From positions 68,821 through 132,820 of the forward strand of contig JACPJT010000007.1 of NCBI GenBank assembly GCA_016187415.1: 64,000 nucleotides of DNA, written 5' to 3'. The position numbers were made by a program, and so were the translations under genes. The notes beneath the pieces are model-generated. The model worked only from the letters and a program-made list of their open reading frames with translations. It searched no databases and was not told the DNA's origin. Source of the stretch: Candidatus Aenigmatarchaeota archaeon (lineage in GTDB: Archaea > Aenigmatarchaeota > Aenigmatarchaeia > CG10238-14 > SCSR01). Shown here piece by piece: positions 1 to 10,386 of the stretch (its first letter is position 1; every line of letters begins with the position of its first letter).

Positions 1-179
1 ACAGGATATTCCTGATGTTCAGCCATCCACTTGGACAATTCTGTATGGTATCCTTCGTCCCCGAAAGTTATAGGATTCGGCAATGTTGTTTTAAGATAAA
101 GTACAAATGCGAATAACAGAACGAGTGAGACAACTACAAGTGCCGTCCTGTTTCGTTTAATGACATTGTTTTCTTCCAT
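1..179 (-). CDS. GT-C superfamily (ArnT/PMT-like) glycosyltransferase, N-terminal part, runs off the window
   Basis: Manual translation MEENNVIKRNRTALVVVSLVLLFAFVLYLKTTLPNPITFGDEGYHTELSKWM...: TM helix then DE motif; divergent from aglB. Confidence 0.6.
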   Translation of the reverse strand, partial: MEENNVIKRNRTALVVVSLVLLFAFVLYLKTTLPNPITFGDEGYHTELSKWMAEHQEYP

Positions 180-324
180 CTTCGTTACCGTTCAAAACTA
201 ATAACCTATGTTGCAATATGTGCTATTAAATGTTTAAATTATTAGGGTTTATTTAACGAATTATCACACTTAGATAGAATAAAAAAGTTACGACATTAAT
301 AATATAAAAGCCAAAGATGGGTAT

Positions 325-2445
325 ATGCTAAAAATCAATTACAAATCGGCCGCTATATTCGCACTTATTTTTCTCGGCATTATCGTCATTGTCGGTCTGG
401 CTGTTTTTGTCAGGTCATCAAGTCTGAAATATCCGACAGTCTTGGATTATGATCCGTGGTGGTATTTCAGGCACGCCAAAGAAATAGTCGACAACAATTA
501 TAAAATGCCCGCATGGGACATACTAAGTTATTATCCTCCTGGAAGACCTAACCAGCCATATAACGGCTGGTCTTATACGATTGCATACCTTTACAGGCTC
601 GCCAGTAGCATATCACCGTCGATTACACTAGTCCAGATAGCTAAGATATCTCCTTTGATAATGGTCAGCCTGACAGTAATTGTCAGTTACCTGTTCGGTT
701 CGCTGATATTCAAGAATAAGATTGCCGGATTGTTGCTTGCATTGTTCTCAACATTAACACCGACTTTCATAAGCGTGAGCATGGGCGGGTATAGCGAATC
801 AAAATCTGTAGTTGTGTTTTACACATTTTTCTCGTTCCTTGCATATTTTCTACTGCTAAATAACGCCAACAAGAAACTGAAATCAATACCGTTTTACATA
901 TTGGCCGTTGCCGTAAACCTCATGTTCATTTTCAACTGGGGTGCCGGATGGCTGCCTTCCCTTGTTCTATTCACAGTCATACCTGCATTCTTCGTATACA
1001 AACTTTTCGAGGAAGTGATATTCCACTTTAGATTCAAATTTAATTGGAAATACGCATTCGAAGAAACAAAACCGGTTGCCATCCCGCTATTGATAACATT
1101 TTTAATCCTAAACATAATAGGATACTTTTTGGGATTCTCTAACATGCTAGCTTCGTTGATAGGCGGCTTGCAATTCACTGGAATAGGAGGCGAACCGCTC
1201 ATAGTTAATATATCTGTGGCAGAGTTACAGAAGATAAACATCTTTTCTCTGGAAGGGTTGATGACGATAGCAACTAGAGTCGGCCTACTTCCTACACTTC
1301 TGACATCTTTCGGGTTTCTCGCGTTTCTTATCTACAAGATTTACAAAAAACAGAAAATAAATCCCCTTGAAATATTTCTGATTGTTTGGGTGTTGGTAAG
1401 CTTCTATTTGATAGCAACTGGTATAAGGTTTGCTTTGCTGTTCTCAATCGCATCTTCACTGACTGCGGCGTATATGATAGCGAATATTTTCCAGTTTGTT
1501 AAAGGGAGAAACAATCTTCTGATTGCAAGCATCTCTGCAATCTTGTTCGTGTTCCTTATAGCCTTCGTTTCTGACGGGATAAAAACAGGATACGATTCCA
1601 GCTCGGGGCTTGCAATCAGCCAGAATTGGTATAATGCGCTGGACTGGCTCAAGGCGAACGCCAATAGTGATTCGTTGGTTGCCACATGGTGGGATCCCGG
1701 CCATATTATTGCCGGCTATACGGGTCTGAAAGTTCATGCAGACGGCGCTCACTGCGGTTATTGCATTCCATACAACCATAACGTGAGAATAGTGGACATG
1801 GGAAGATTAATGTCTACTGATAATGAAACAGAATCGATTCAGATACTTCAGAAATACACGCATCTGACGCCTGAACAATGCGCCGAAGTTAAACAAACGT
1901 ATCCAACAATGCCGGCAGACGCGTGCAAGGACGTGTCGGATGTTTATGTTTTGGCCACTAATGACCTGATCGGCAAATATTACTGGATGAGTTGTTTCGG
2001 AACTTTCGACATGAAACTATGGAATGCAACCGATGGAAAGAAATGGAGTTGTGACGGCAGGAATTTCATACAAATGCCGCTAACAAGCACCAGCCAAGGA
2101 TATCCAGTATACTCGCTGGGCGACAATACGATTTCACTGTTACAGAACGGCACGCAGGTACTGGCTATCTTGAACGCACCCAGCCAAGGTATACGCAATG
2201 CCCTGATAAGCAATGTGACATATTTCCAGAACGGAGTCGAATTCCATTCGTCACCTTATACAAACAATACATTGAGCGGTCTGATATGGGTTGATCCAAG
2301 CTTTAGGGGCATATTTTTCATGGATCCGCAAATCAGGGATTCAATATTCACAAAGATGTTTTTCTTCCAAGGGAAGGGATTGGACAAATACGAATTGGTA
2401 TACCAGAACTCTGAAGTTAAAATATTCAAGGCGCACTTTGGTTAA
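325..2445 (+). CDS. aglB: STT3/AglB oligosaccharyltransferase
   Basis: Multi-TM N-terminus with DYDPWW, SVAE, WWDPG and DLIGK motifs. Confidence 0.9.
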   Translation: MLKINYKSAAIFALIFLGIIVIVGLAVFVRSSSLKYPTVLDYDPWWYFRHAKEIVDNNYKMPAWDILSYYPPGRPNQPYNGWSYTIAYLYRLASSISPSITLVQIAKISPLIMVSLTVIVSYLFGSLIFKNKIAGLLLALFSTLTPTFISVSMGGYSESKSVVVFYTFFSFLAYFLLLNNANKKLKSIPFYILAVAVNLMFIFNWGAGWLPSLVLFTVIPAFFVYKLFEEVIFHFRFKFNWKYAFEETKPVAIPLLITFLILNIIGYFLGFSNMLASLIGGLQFTGIGGEPLIVNISVAELQKINIFSLEGLMTIATRVGLLPTLLTSFGFLAFLIYKIYKKQKINPLEIFLIVWVLVSFYLIATGIRFALLFSIASSLTAAYMIANIFQFVKGRNNLLIASISAILFVFLIAFVSDGIKTGYDSSSGLAISQNWYNALDWLKANANSDSLVATWWDPGHIIAGYTGLKVHADGAHCGYCIPYNHNVRIVDMGRLMSTDNETESIQILQKYTHLTPEQCAEVKQTYPTMPADACKDVSDVYVLATNDLIGKYYWMSCFGTFDMKLWNATDGKKWSCDGRNFIQMPLTSTSQGYPVYSLGDNTISLLQNGTQVLAILNAPSQGIRNALISNVTYFQNGVEFHSSPYTNNTLSGLIWVDPSFRGIFFMDPQIRDSIFTKMFFFQGKGLDKYELVYQNSEVKIFKAHFG

Positions 2446-2446
2446 T

Positions 2447-2680
2447 ATGAAAATTCCATCATTCAAGCTCAAGGGAAACAACAGATTGGAAACGGTTGAG
2501 AACTATTCGATATTATTTGCCTTTATCGGCGCCTTGGTATTGTCAATCGGCATCGGTCTGAATGTATTCGGTACAAAAGGGGTAAGCGCCGTCTTGCCGA
2601 TGCTGGGGGCGCTTGTAACCTTTCTTTCCACAGTGGTTTTGATATTTGTCTGGCTTGTGAAAGAGTTTAAGGAAAATTAG
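2447..2680 (+). CDS. Small two-TM membrane protein
   Basis: ATG just after the aglB stop; two hydrophobic helices. Confidence 0.65.
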   Translation: MKIPSFKLKGNNRLETVENYSILFAFIGALVLSIGIGLNVFGTKGVSAVLPMLGALVTFLSTVVLIFVWLVKEFKEN

Positions 2681-2690
2681 GATTATCTAA

Positions 2691-3848
2691 TTAATTTTTA
2701 ACAAGCAGTTTCAATTCCTCTACTTTATCGGTCTTCTCCCAAGTAAAGTCATCATCTTCCCTTCCAAAATGGCCGTAGCAGGAAGTTTTGCGGTAAATCG
2801 GTCGCAACAATTTCAAATGCTGTATTATCATCCCCGGCCTTATGTCGAATGCTTTCTTCACTATTTCAGTCAAGGTGTCATCAGGCAATTTTCCCGTGCC
2901 GTAAGTATTGACCATTACTGATACAGGGTTCGCAACACCTATCGCATATGATATCTGCACTTCGCATTTGTCGGCAAGCGCCGCTGCGACTATATTCTTG
3001 GCTATGTATCGTGCCATGTAACCCCCGGAGCGGTCAACTTTACTGGGGTCTTTTCCTGAGAAGCAACCGCCGCCATGCGAACCTACTCCGCCGTATGTGT
3101 CAACAATTATTTTTCTTCCCGTCAGTCCGGTATCGGCTAAAGTTCCGCCAATAACAAATCTGCCCGTGCCGTTTACAATGAGTTTTGTTTTATCATCCAT
3201 CATGCTGGAAGGGATGACATGTTTTATTATGTGATCTGTTACATCTTTTCTGACTTGGTCTTCGGAAACATCTTCATCATGTTGAGCTGCTATTACAACA
3301 GTGTCGACTCGTTTGGGTCTCCCATTTTCATATTCGATAGTGACTTGCGACTTGCCATCCGGCCGTAGGTACGGCAGTATCTTCTGTTTTCGTACATCTG
3401 CGAATCTTTTCATCAGATTGTGTGCAAGCACTATCGGCAGCGGCATGAGTTCCGGCGTCTCGTTTGTGGCATAACCGAACATTATACCTTGGTCACCTGC
3501 ACCTTGTTCTTCAGAAGACCTATTGACACCCATTGCAATGTCGGGCGATTGTTCTGTAACCGAGACCATTATCCCGCATGTCTCATAATCAATTCCAACC
3601 TTGGCATTATCGAATCCTATCTCTTTCAGAGTTTTCCTGACAACAGTCGGGATATCGACATACGCATTTGTAGTTATCTGACCTGTTACAATTACATTAC
3701 CTTGCATTACCACCGTTTCACAATCGACTTTCGCCGCAGGATCCTTTTCTATTATTGCATCAAGAATAGAGTCGGATATCTGGTCCGAAACTTTATCGGG
3801 GTGACCTTCTGCGACCGATTCGGAAGTGAACAAATAATTCGATGACAT
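2691..3848 (-). CDS. metK: S-adenosylmethionine synthetase, bacterial/eukaryotic type
   Basis: [41 protein letters not shown]. Confidence 0.97.
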   Translation of the reverse strand: MSSNYLFTSESVAEGHPDKVSDQISDSILDAIIEKDPAAKVDCETVVMQGNVIVTGQITTNAYVDIPTVVRKTLKEIGFDNAKVGIDYETCGIMVSVTEQSPDIAMGVNRSSEEQGAGDQGIMFGYATNETPELMPLPIVLAHNLMKRFADVRKQKILPYLRPDGKSQVTIEYENGRPKRVDTVVIAAQHDEDVSEDQVRKDVTDHIIKHVIPSSMMDDKTKLIVNGTGRFVIGGTLADTGLTGRKIIVDTYGGVGSHGGGCFSGKDPSKVDRSGGYMARYIAKNIVAAALADKCEVQISYAIGVANPVSVMVNTYGTGKLPDDTLTEIVKKAFDIRPGMIIQHLKLLRPIYRKTSCYGHFGREDDDFTWEKTDKVEELKLLVKN

Positions 3849-4077
3849 GTTAATTGTTAATTTTATTCAAAACTTAAATCCGTGACAATTTTTATGATGT
3901 ATGTTATCTCTGAGATATGATTATTTTTTTGGTTTTTGATTCTAGAATAAAATCATTTGTTTCATTAAATCCCGCCTTTTCAAAAAGTTCATTTGAGATA
4001 GGTATTGTATATCTATAATATTTTTTTCCCGAGTCACTTTTTCTGATCATCAACTTTATTATTTTAACCATTATTCG

Positions 4078-4119
4078 AGTATGTTAACCGAAAGCTATAT
4101 ATTTAAGTATGTTAACATA
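4078..4119 (+). promoter_or_regulatory. Putative methyltransferase promoter flanked by an 11-nt direct repeat
   Basis: AGTATGTTAAC at 4078 and 4106 around GAAAGCTATATATTTA (BRE/TATA-like); second copy is part of palindrome TATGTTAACATA. Confidence 0.35.
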
Positions 4120-4175
4120 TTATATAATAAAATGGATAATGGTATTCATTAATAATTAAAAGGGAAATAGATAAT

Positions 4176-5015
4176 ATGAAAATTGAAAATTTATTATCCA
4201 AACTTAAGGCGAATGGAAAGAGTGCTATTAATATATCGAAAATTACTGAGAAACACCTAGAAAATAACAAGATAACAAAGTATGAACCCGAAGATTTTAA
4301 ATTAGAAGTAACTACGGCCTGGAGTTTTCCTAGAAGAGGTAACTGGGCAACACATCGTGGAGATTATAGAGGAAATTGGGCACCAGAAATACCAAGAAAT
4401 CTAATTTTAAGATATTCTGGAAAAGGAGATGTCGTGTTAGATCCTTTTGTTGGTTCTGGCACAACTTTAATAGAATGTAAACTTTTGGATAGAAAAGGAT
4501 TTGGAATTGATATAAACCCCGAAGCAATAAAACTTGCTAAAAAAAGATTGGAATTCCCAAGACTTCATCCGGAAAAACAAGAACTGAAAATCGGTGATGC
4601 ACGTGACCTCAGTTTTCTAAAGCAAAATTCAATAGATTTAATTTGTGCACATCCACCATACGCAGATGCTATACAATACACACAAGGTATAGATGGAGAC
4701 TTATCCTTCATTAAAAATGTCGAAGAATTCGAAAGTGAAATGTGTAAAGTGGCAAAGGAATCTCTTAGAGTACTTAAGCCTGGAAAGTATTGTGCAGTTC
4801 TAATCGGTGATATTAGGAGACAGAAAAGGGTAATACCAGTTGGATTCAAAGTTATGCAATCATTCTTAGACGCGGGATTTATTCTGAAAGAGATTATAAT
4901 TAAGCAGCAGCACAATATGACAACGACTGGTCTATGGAGAAACCAGTCGGAAAAATATAATTTTCTTCTTCTGGCACATGAATACCTTTTTGTATTTGAG
5001 AAACCAGATAAATGA
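4176..5015 (+). CDS. N4/N6 DNA methyltransferase (R-M associated)
   Basis: DPFVGSGTT motif I followed by HPPY catalytic motif; convergent with a nuclease gene; AT-rich. Confidence 0.85.
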   Translation: MKIENLLSKLKANGKSAINISKITEKHLENNKITKYEPEDFKLEVTTAWSFPRRGNWATHRGDYRGNWAPEIPRNLILRYSGKGDVVLDPFVGSGTTLIECKLLDRKGFGIDINPEAIKLAKKRLEFPRLHPEKQELKIGDARDLSFLKQNSIDLICAHPPYADAIQYTQGIDGDLSFIKNVEEFESEMCKVAKESLRVLKPGKYCAVLIGDIRRQKRVIPVGFKVMQSFLDAGFILKEIIIKQQHNMTTTGLWRNQSEKYNFLLLAHEYLFVFEKPDK

Positions 5016-5534
5016 TTAATCTGGTAGTTCCAAGAATTTCAATGGTATGTTTCTAAAAAAGTAATGGCACCCCACAGATTCTATATAATTGAGAACGTCT
5101 ACATAACTTTCATGTTTAAACCAGTCGTCAAGAACGTACACATATTCAACTTTTATATTAACTTTTGACAACAGCTTCTGGTACTACCTTTTCTTAAAAT
5201 CACATGTCTGAAGCTTTTCATCAACTGAACCTTGAACTTTTTGGAATTTCATTTCTATTATGAAAAGTCTATTATTGTTAATTACAAAAATGGATTCGTC
5301 TGGAAGTAATTGCTTAGAAATTATGCCTTTCCAGTTTATATTCAAACCTTTCAAAAATTTGTTATAAAATTCATGTTTCTTGTATACATGCGCTACTAAT
5401 TTATTAGTGAGAAATAAATCATTTCCTTGGACTTTATAATTAGGTATTTTTTCGAAAATAGCTTTCAAGTCACTTCTACTTTCAAATTCTAGACCGGATT
5501 TAGTTTTAGAACCACCTTTCCCACCAAATATCAT
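5016..5534 (-). pseudogene. PD-(D/E)xK restriction endonuclease interrupted by an in-frame TAG at 5184-5186
   Basis: LLPDE...IIEMKFQKVQGSVDEK motif; frame continues after TAG as YQKLLSKVNIKVEYVYVLDDWFKHESYVDVLNYIESVGCHYFFRNIPLKFLELPD to TAA at 5016. Confidence 0.8.
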
Positions 5535-5537
5535 AAA

Positions 5538-5768
5538 TTATATTATACTCTGCTTTCTTAACTCCTTTTCTACTTCTTCAGCAGACTTGCCACAAACTCT
5601 ACAACCTGATTGAATTAACCAAACTTCAGCACTTTTACTTACAGATCCACCCCCAGGCAAAGTCTTTGTTCTTTTGGTTTTAACACTCCATTGGCTTGGA
5701 AAATATAAACAGGATATCCTGCCTTTATCACAAAACGGGCAACTTAATTGTTCGTATCGACCAGCCAT
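5538..5768 (-). CDS. Small zinc-ribbon protein
   Basis: CPFC...CRVC pairs. Confidence 0.65.
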   Translation of the reverse strand: MAGRYEQLSCPFCDKGRISCLYFPSQWSVKTKRTKTLPGGGSVSKSAEVWLIQSGCRVCGKSAEEVEKELRKQSII

Positions 5769-5893
5769 TATTAACAATTCATTCTAAAGGAATTTAATAC
5801 TTTTTCGACAGAAGCTACTTATTCAACAAAGCTGTATGTCAGCAAAGATACAAATATTCAACACTTTTATATTACCCAACATTAATCTTAATT

Positions 5894-6100
5894 ATGGCAA
5901 AGAATCTACCTAACCTACCATTCGAGAGAATTTTGAAAAAGGTAGGCGCCAAAAGGGTTTCTCAGGATGCGTTGGAAGAATTCGCAACAGTAATGGAAGA
6001 AAAGTTGACGGTGCTTGCCAAGAGTGCCGTGGAGCTGTCGAAACATGCCGGCAGAAAAACCATCATAGGCGAGGATGTCAGGCTTTCAAAAAGCAAATGA
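5894..6100 (+). CDS. Archaeal histone (HMf-like)
   Basis: LPFERILKKVGAKRVS...HAGRKTI histone fold; TTTTATAT box upstream. Confidence 0.93.
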   Translation: MAKNLPNLPFERILKKVGAKRVSQDALEEFATVMEEKLTVLAKSAVELSKHAGRKTIIGEDVRLSKSK

Positions 6101-6134
6101 TATGCATATTAAATTTAAAGCGCATAGAGATTTC

Positions 6135-7148
6135 ATGGAGTTCGACTTTCTGGTTTCCGAAGTGGTGAGCAAATCCAACGTTAAAAAGGACGATATACTA
6201 AGTCTTGTTGACAAGAAATATACAGAAATGGAAAATCTGATAACAAAAGAAGGTGCATTATACTTGGTTGCCAAAGAAATGAACATCGAACTGCCGGAAA
6301 ACAAGACGCCGGGCACGCCCATCAGGAACATAGTGCCTGGCATGAGAAATGTCAACTTTATCGGCAGGGTCTTCAAGATATCCAAGACGACCGAATTCAA
6401 GAAGGCAAATGGAAACGCAGGACGAGTTGCGAATATCTTCATCGGAGATGGAACAGGAGTTACAAGAGTCCCTTTATGGGATGATCAGGTCAAAATGCTG
6501 GAAGAAAACATGATATCCATTGGCGACACGGTCCAGTTGAGCAATGGGCTGTCACGGGAGAATTCATTTGTGGGCGTTGAAGTTACTTTGGGAAAATTCG
6601 GCACGTTAACCCCGCTTGAGGATTACGCTGATTTGCCGTCGGCAGAAAGTTTATTGAAAGGGTCATTCAGCTTCTCGGTTGAGAAGACCAACATATCAGA
6701 TGTTGTGGCTGGCGGTAATTTTGAGATAAAAGGCGTCGTTTCACAACTGTTCAGAGGGAATTTCCTTTTCACAGTCTGTCCAATGTGCGGCAGTAAACTG
6801 GAAAATACAAAATGCACAGAACACGGTGAAGTAGCACCCAGTTATGCGATGGTAATTTCATTCATTGCAGATGACGGCACAGGGGATTTGAGATGCGTCC
6901 TATTCAGAAATACAGCGGAAAAGCTGTGCAACATGTCGGCAGAAGAATTGTCTAAAATGGATCCTGATAAAAGATATTCGATATTGAGCGACAGCATTCT
7001 CGGAAAGGAGTTTATATTCGCGGGTAAAGTCAAGAAGAACGACATGTATGATAGAATGGAAATGATGGTGAACGATTTTAAAGATATAAATCCTTTGGAA
7101 GAGAGTAAGAAATTAGTCAATGAGATAGAATTGATGGTAGGCGTCTAA
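6135..7148 (+). CDS. rpa: Replication protein A large subunit (OB folds + Zn finger)
   Basis: GDGTG/DDGTG OB motifs, CPMC...CTEH; adjacent to radA; start placed at ATG 6135. Confidence 0.85.
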   Translation: MEFDFLVSEVVSKSNVKKDDILSLVDKKYTEMENLITKEGALYLVAKEMNIELPENKTPGTPIRNIVPGMRNVNFIGRVFKISKTTEFKKANGNAGRVANIFIGDGTGVTRVPLWDDQVKMLEENMISIGDTVQLSNGLSRENSFVGVEVTLGKFGTLTPLEDYADLPSAESLLKGSFSFSVEKTNISDVVAGGNFEIKGVVSQLFRGNFLFTVCPMCGSKLENTKCTEHGEVAPSYAMVISFIADDGTGDLRCVLFRNTAEKLCNMSAEELSKMDPDKRYSILSDSILGKEFIFAGKVKKNDMYDRMEMMVNDFKDINPLEESKKLVNEIELMVGV

Positions 7149-7149
7149 T

Positions 7150-8106
7150 TTGGCAAAAAAAGAAGTTTCCTTGGAGGACATACCGGGCGTTGGAGAGAAG
7201 ACGATTGAGAAGTTGAAGAGCATAGGTTATTCCGATCCGATGGTTATTGCAGTCTCGTCGCCGACAGAATTGGCGAACATCGCAGAAATCGGCGAACCGA
7301 CCGCGGCCAAGATAATAAATACAGTAAGAGAAAAGTTGGACATCGGTTATGTGACAGCTGACAAAATTCTGGAGAGAAGAACAGTTGTAGCGAAAATCAC
7401 AACAGGCAGTAAGGCTCTTGATACGCTTTTGGGAGGAGGCATAGAAACACAGGCCATAACAGAAGCTTACGGTCAATACGGATCAGGTAAAAGCCAGCTG
7501 GCGTTCCAGCTTGCCGTATCAGTGCAATTACCAAAAGACAAAGGAGGGCTTGATGGCGCATGCCTCTTTATCGATACCGAGAATACTTTCAGACCGGAGA
7601 GAATAGTTCAGATTGCAAAAGCAATGAAATTGGACCCAGAAAAAGTCCTGAGAAACATTTACGTTGCGCGCGCATTCAATACAGAGCACCAGATTTTGTT
7701 GGTGGAAAAGGCGCCGGAAATCATTGAAGAGAAAAAAATCAAACTTGTAATTGTAGATTCGCTCACATCACATTTCAGGTCTGATTTTATGGGAAGAGGG
7801 GAACTTGCCGGTAGACAGCAGAAATTGAACCGCCACTTACACCAGTTGTTACGCCTTGCTGATGCATACAACCTTTGCGTCTACATCACAAATCAGGTAA
7901 TGTCAGATCCTGCAATGCTTTTCGGAGACCCGACACGCCCTGTCGGCGGCAACATAGTAGGTCACATGAGCACTTATCGCCTTTACTTGAGAAGAGGAAG
8001 GGAAGGCACGAGAATTTGTAAAGTGATAGATGCGCCCAACATACAAGAGGGCGAAGCAGCATTCAGAATAACAGAAAATGGTTTAGCTGACATTCAGGAA
8101 AAGTAG
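7150..8106 (+). CDS. radA: DNA repair and recombination protein RadA
   Basis: HhH N-terminus, GQYGSGKS Walker [17 protein letters not shown]. Confidence 0.97.
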   Translation: MAKKEVSLEDIPGVGEKTIEKLKSIGYSDPMVIAVSSPTELANIAEIGEPTAAKIINTVREKLDIGYVTADKILERRTVVAKITTGSKALDTLLGGGIETQAITEAYGQYGSGKSQLAFQLAVSVQLPKDKGGLDGACLFIDTENTFRPERIVQIAKAMKLDPEKVLRNIYVARAFNTEHQILLVEKAPEIIEEKKIKLVIVDSLTSHFRSDFMGRGELAGRQQKLNRHLHQLLRLADAYNLCVYITNQVMSDPAMLFGDPTRPVGGNIVGHMSTYRLYLRRGREGTRICKVIDAPNIQEGEAAFRITENGLADIQEK

Positions 8107-8627
8107 CTTACCACCGACCCAAAAAACTGGGCAAACAGCACAGAATTAATCAAGCTGTTTCCTACAGCATACGGCAACTCTTTACCCACTACACCCCTAT
8201 CCATCATGAACGTGAGGAACAGATTTACAACATTCAGGCCTATTGTGAAAGTCAACCCAAGAGCCCCTATTACTCCTCTGCCGAGAATCCCACACAATAC
8301 ACCCAGCAAGACATATTCGGGTACCACCCATGTCAAGTAAGGACCAAGATAGTAACGGCCAAGTATGAAATGCGTAAGCAATACAGTTATGCCGTATAAT
8401 CCGCCAATCACCGGTCCGTAAAGGACACCAACAAGCATTGTCGACAGGGTAACCAATTCTATCCCGATGTATTTCAGCGGCTGGAAGAAACCCAGTATCA
8501 GTGCCAGCAAGATTGTAGCCGATGAAATTAAAAGGAATATAAAAACTTTCTGCAGGAACAGGACCATTATCGCCAGCAGAAATGCGCCAGCTATAATCGA
8601 ATAGATTTTCCAATCAAGCTTAAACAT
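8094..8627 (-). CDS. Multi-TM membrane protein (ECF S-component-like)
   Basis: 5-6 hydrophobic helices, YGPVIGG. Confidence 0.5.
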   Translation of the reverse strand: MFKLDWKIYSIIAGAFLLAIMVLFLQKVFIFLLISSATILLALILGFFQPLKYIGIELVTLSTMLVGVLYGPVIGGLYGITVLLTHFILGRYYLGPYLTWVVPEYVLLGVLCGILGRGVIGALGLTFTIGLNVVNLFLTFMMDRGVVGKELPYAVGNSLINSVLFAQFFGSVVSYFS

Positions 8628-8658
8628 TATTTAAATATCTGAACACAGGTTTTAATTC

Positions 8659-9285
8659 ATGCAAGTTTTGTACCAAGGCGCAGAAAGCAAGATATATCTG
8701 GATACATTTGACGGCGAGCAGGCTATCGTAAAGGAAAGAATAAAGAAAAACTACAGGATAACAGAATTGGATGAAATGCTGAGAAAGCGGCGAACAAGGA
8801 AAGAAATAAAATTGTTGACGGATGTCAGGAAATTGAATATACAGACGCCGAAGATATTGCAGGTCGATGAGAGCAGATGCAAAATAATAATGGAATATGT
8901 GCAGGGTGACAGGCTCAAGGAATACATCAACACAAATTCTGTAGACAGGGTAAAGTCAGTGTGCATGCAACTCGGCAAAATAATAGGAAAATTGCACGCG
9001 AATGACATTGTTCACGGTGATTTGACAACATCCAATCTGATACTGAAAGACGGGAAGATTTATGTGATCGACTTGGGCATGGGGGAGTTCACTAAAAGAA
9101 TAGAAGACAAGGCGACAGACCTCAAGCTGTTAAAGCAGGCTATAAAATCGACCCATTTCAAAATCTTTGATCTGGCGTGGGGGAGCATCCTATCAGGCTA
9201 CAGTGAAGAGTATGACAATTCATCCAAGGTCTTGGAGCAGATGAAAGAGATCGAAAAACGGACCAGGTACACAAATCGAGAATAG
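8659..9285 (+). CDS. bud32: KEOPS kinase Bud32
   Basis: QGAES, KERIKKNYR, HGDLTTSN, IDLG. Confidence 0.93.
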   Translation: MQVLYQGAESKIYLDTFDGEQAIVKERIKKNYRITELDEMLRKRRTRKEIKLLTDVRKLNIQTPKILQVDESRCKIIMEYVQGDRLKEYINTNSVDRVKSVCMQLGKIIGKLHANDIVHGDLTTSNLILKDGKIYVIDLGMGEFTKRIEDKATDLKLLKQAIKSTHFKIFDLAWGSILSGYSEEYDNSSKVLEQMKEIEKRTRYTNRE

Positions 9286-9353
9286 CCCGCCTGTAACCTT
9301 ATAAAGCTAAGAAATATAAAGTTTCTCTTAAAGAATTTAATAGTCGTGAAAGA

Positions 9354-9815
9354 ATGGCAAGGATATATTCAGGAAAAAAAGGCAAGGCATCTAGCCACAG
9401 GCCGCCATACAAGACTGTGCCTAAATGGCTCAAGTACAATAAGGAAGACATCGAGAAGATTATAGTGGACCTGTCCAAGCAAAAACACACATCTGCAATG
9501 ATCGGTACTATATTGCGGGACTCATACGGAATCCCAGATTCAACAGTAGTGACAGAAAAACCGATAAGCGAAATAATGAAGGAAAATAGCCTTTATCCTA
9601 CGTTGCCCGAAGATCTCATGTTTTTATTGAGAAAAGCAGTCAGCTTGAAAAAACACATGACTTCTTTCAAGAAAGACAAGCACTCCCAAAGAGGCCTTGA
9701 AAATCTCGAATCCAAGATACGCCGATTGGTCAAATATTATGTCAGAAAAGGCAAGCTGCCAAAAAGCTGGGCATATAATCCAGAACAGGCCAGATTGATT
9801 GTAGAAAAGTGGTGA
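9354..9815 (+). CDS. rps15: 30S ribosomal protein uS15
   Basis: MARIYSGKKGKAS, LRDSYGIP, ESKIRRLVKYY. Confidence 0.96.
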   Translation: MARIYSGKKGKASSHRPPYKTVPKWLKYNKEDIEKIIVDLSKQKHTSAMIGTILRDSYGIPDSTVVTEKPISEIMKENSLYPTLPEDLMFLLRKAVSLKKHMTSFKKDKHSQRGLENLESKIRRLVKYYVRKGKLPKSWAYNPEQARLIVEKW

Positions 9816-9819
9816 ATGG

Positions 9820-10386
9820 GTGCCGGTAAAACTAAAGGGTAAGCAATGGTTCTCCATCATATCTCCAAAATTATTTGGCGAGCAGGAAGTAGCAAAGACG
9901 ATTGCAAATTCACCAGACGGATTGGTCGGCAGAACGATAAATCTAAGTGCGGTAGAATTGACTGACGACATCAATAAATATTTTCTCACATTGAAATTGA
10001 AAATCACTTCCGTCAATGGCGATAAGGCATCTACGCAATTTTCCGGGTCTGAAATACTTCAGGATTATTTGTCCAGGATGGTTTTGCGCAGAATAAGGCG
10101 ATTGGATGCGGTACAGGATTTGACGACAAGCGATAACGTTAAGATACGGGTGAAAAGCTTGGTTATAGTTTCCAAGAAAACAAAGAGCAGTGTCGCACTG
10201 AAGATAAAGGAATTTGTAGAGCAGGCGATGAAGAAGCATGTTGAAAGCATCACACTTGACGAGTTCCTGCAAAGCATGCTCTCCAACGAGATAAAGAGCA
10301 AGGTAATGCGCGAAGGCCGGGTAATATATCCGATAAGAAATTTCGAGATAAGAAAGACGGAAATTTTATCCAACAAGGCTTCTTAA
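9820..10386 (+). CDS. rps3ae: 30S ribosomal protein eS1 (S3Ae)
   Basis: KQWFSIISP, IYPIRNFEIRKTE; follows rps15. Confidence 0.92.
   Translation: MPVKLKGKQWFSIISPKLFGEQEVAKTIANSPDGLVGRTINLSAVELTDDINKYFLTLKLKITSVNGDKASTQFSGSEILQDYLSRMVLRRIRRLDAVQDLTTSDNVKIRVKSLVIVSKKTKSSVALKIKEFVEQAMKKHVESITLDEFLQSMLSNEIKSKVMREGRVIYPIRNFEIRKTEILSNKAS

Noticed and set aside
5184-5186. Pyrrolysine or stop-codon recoding
   Set aside because: TAG terminates conserved genes in this window and no pyl genes are seen
3850-5800. Provirus or integrative element
   Set aside because: AT-rich and probably foreign, but no integrase, att repeats or viral genes seen
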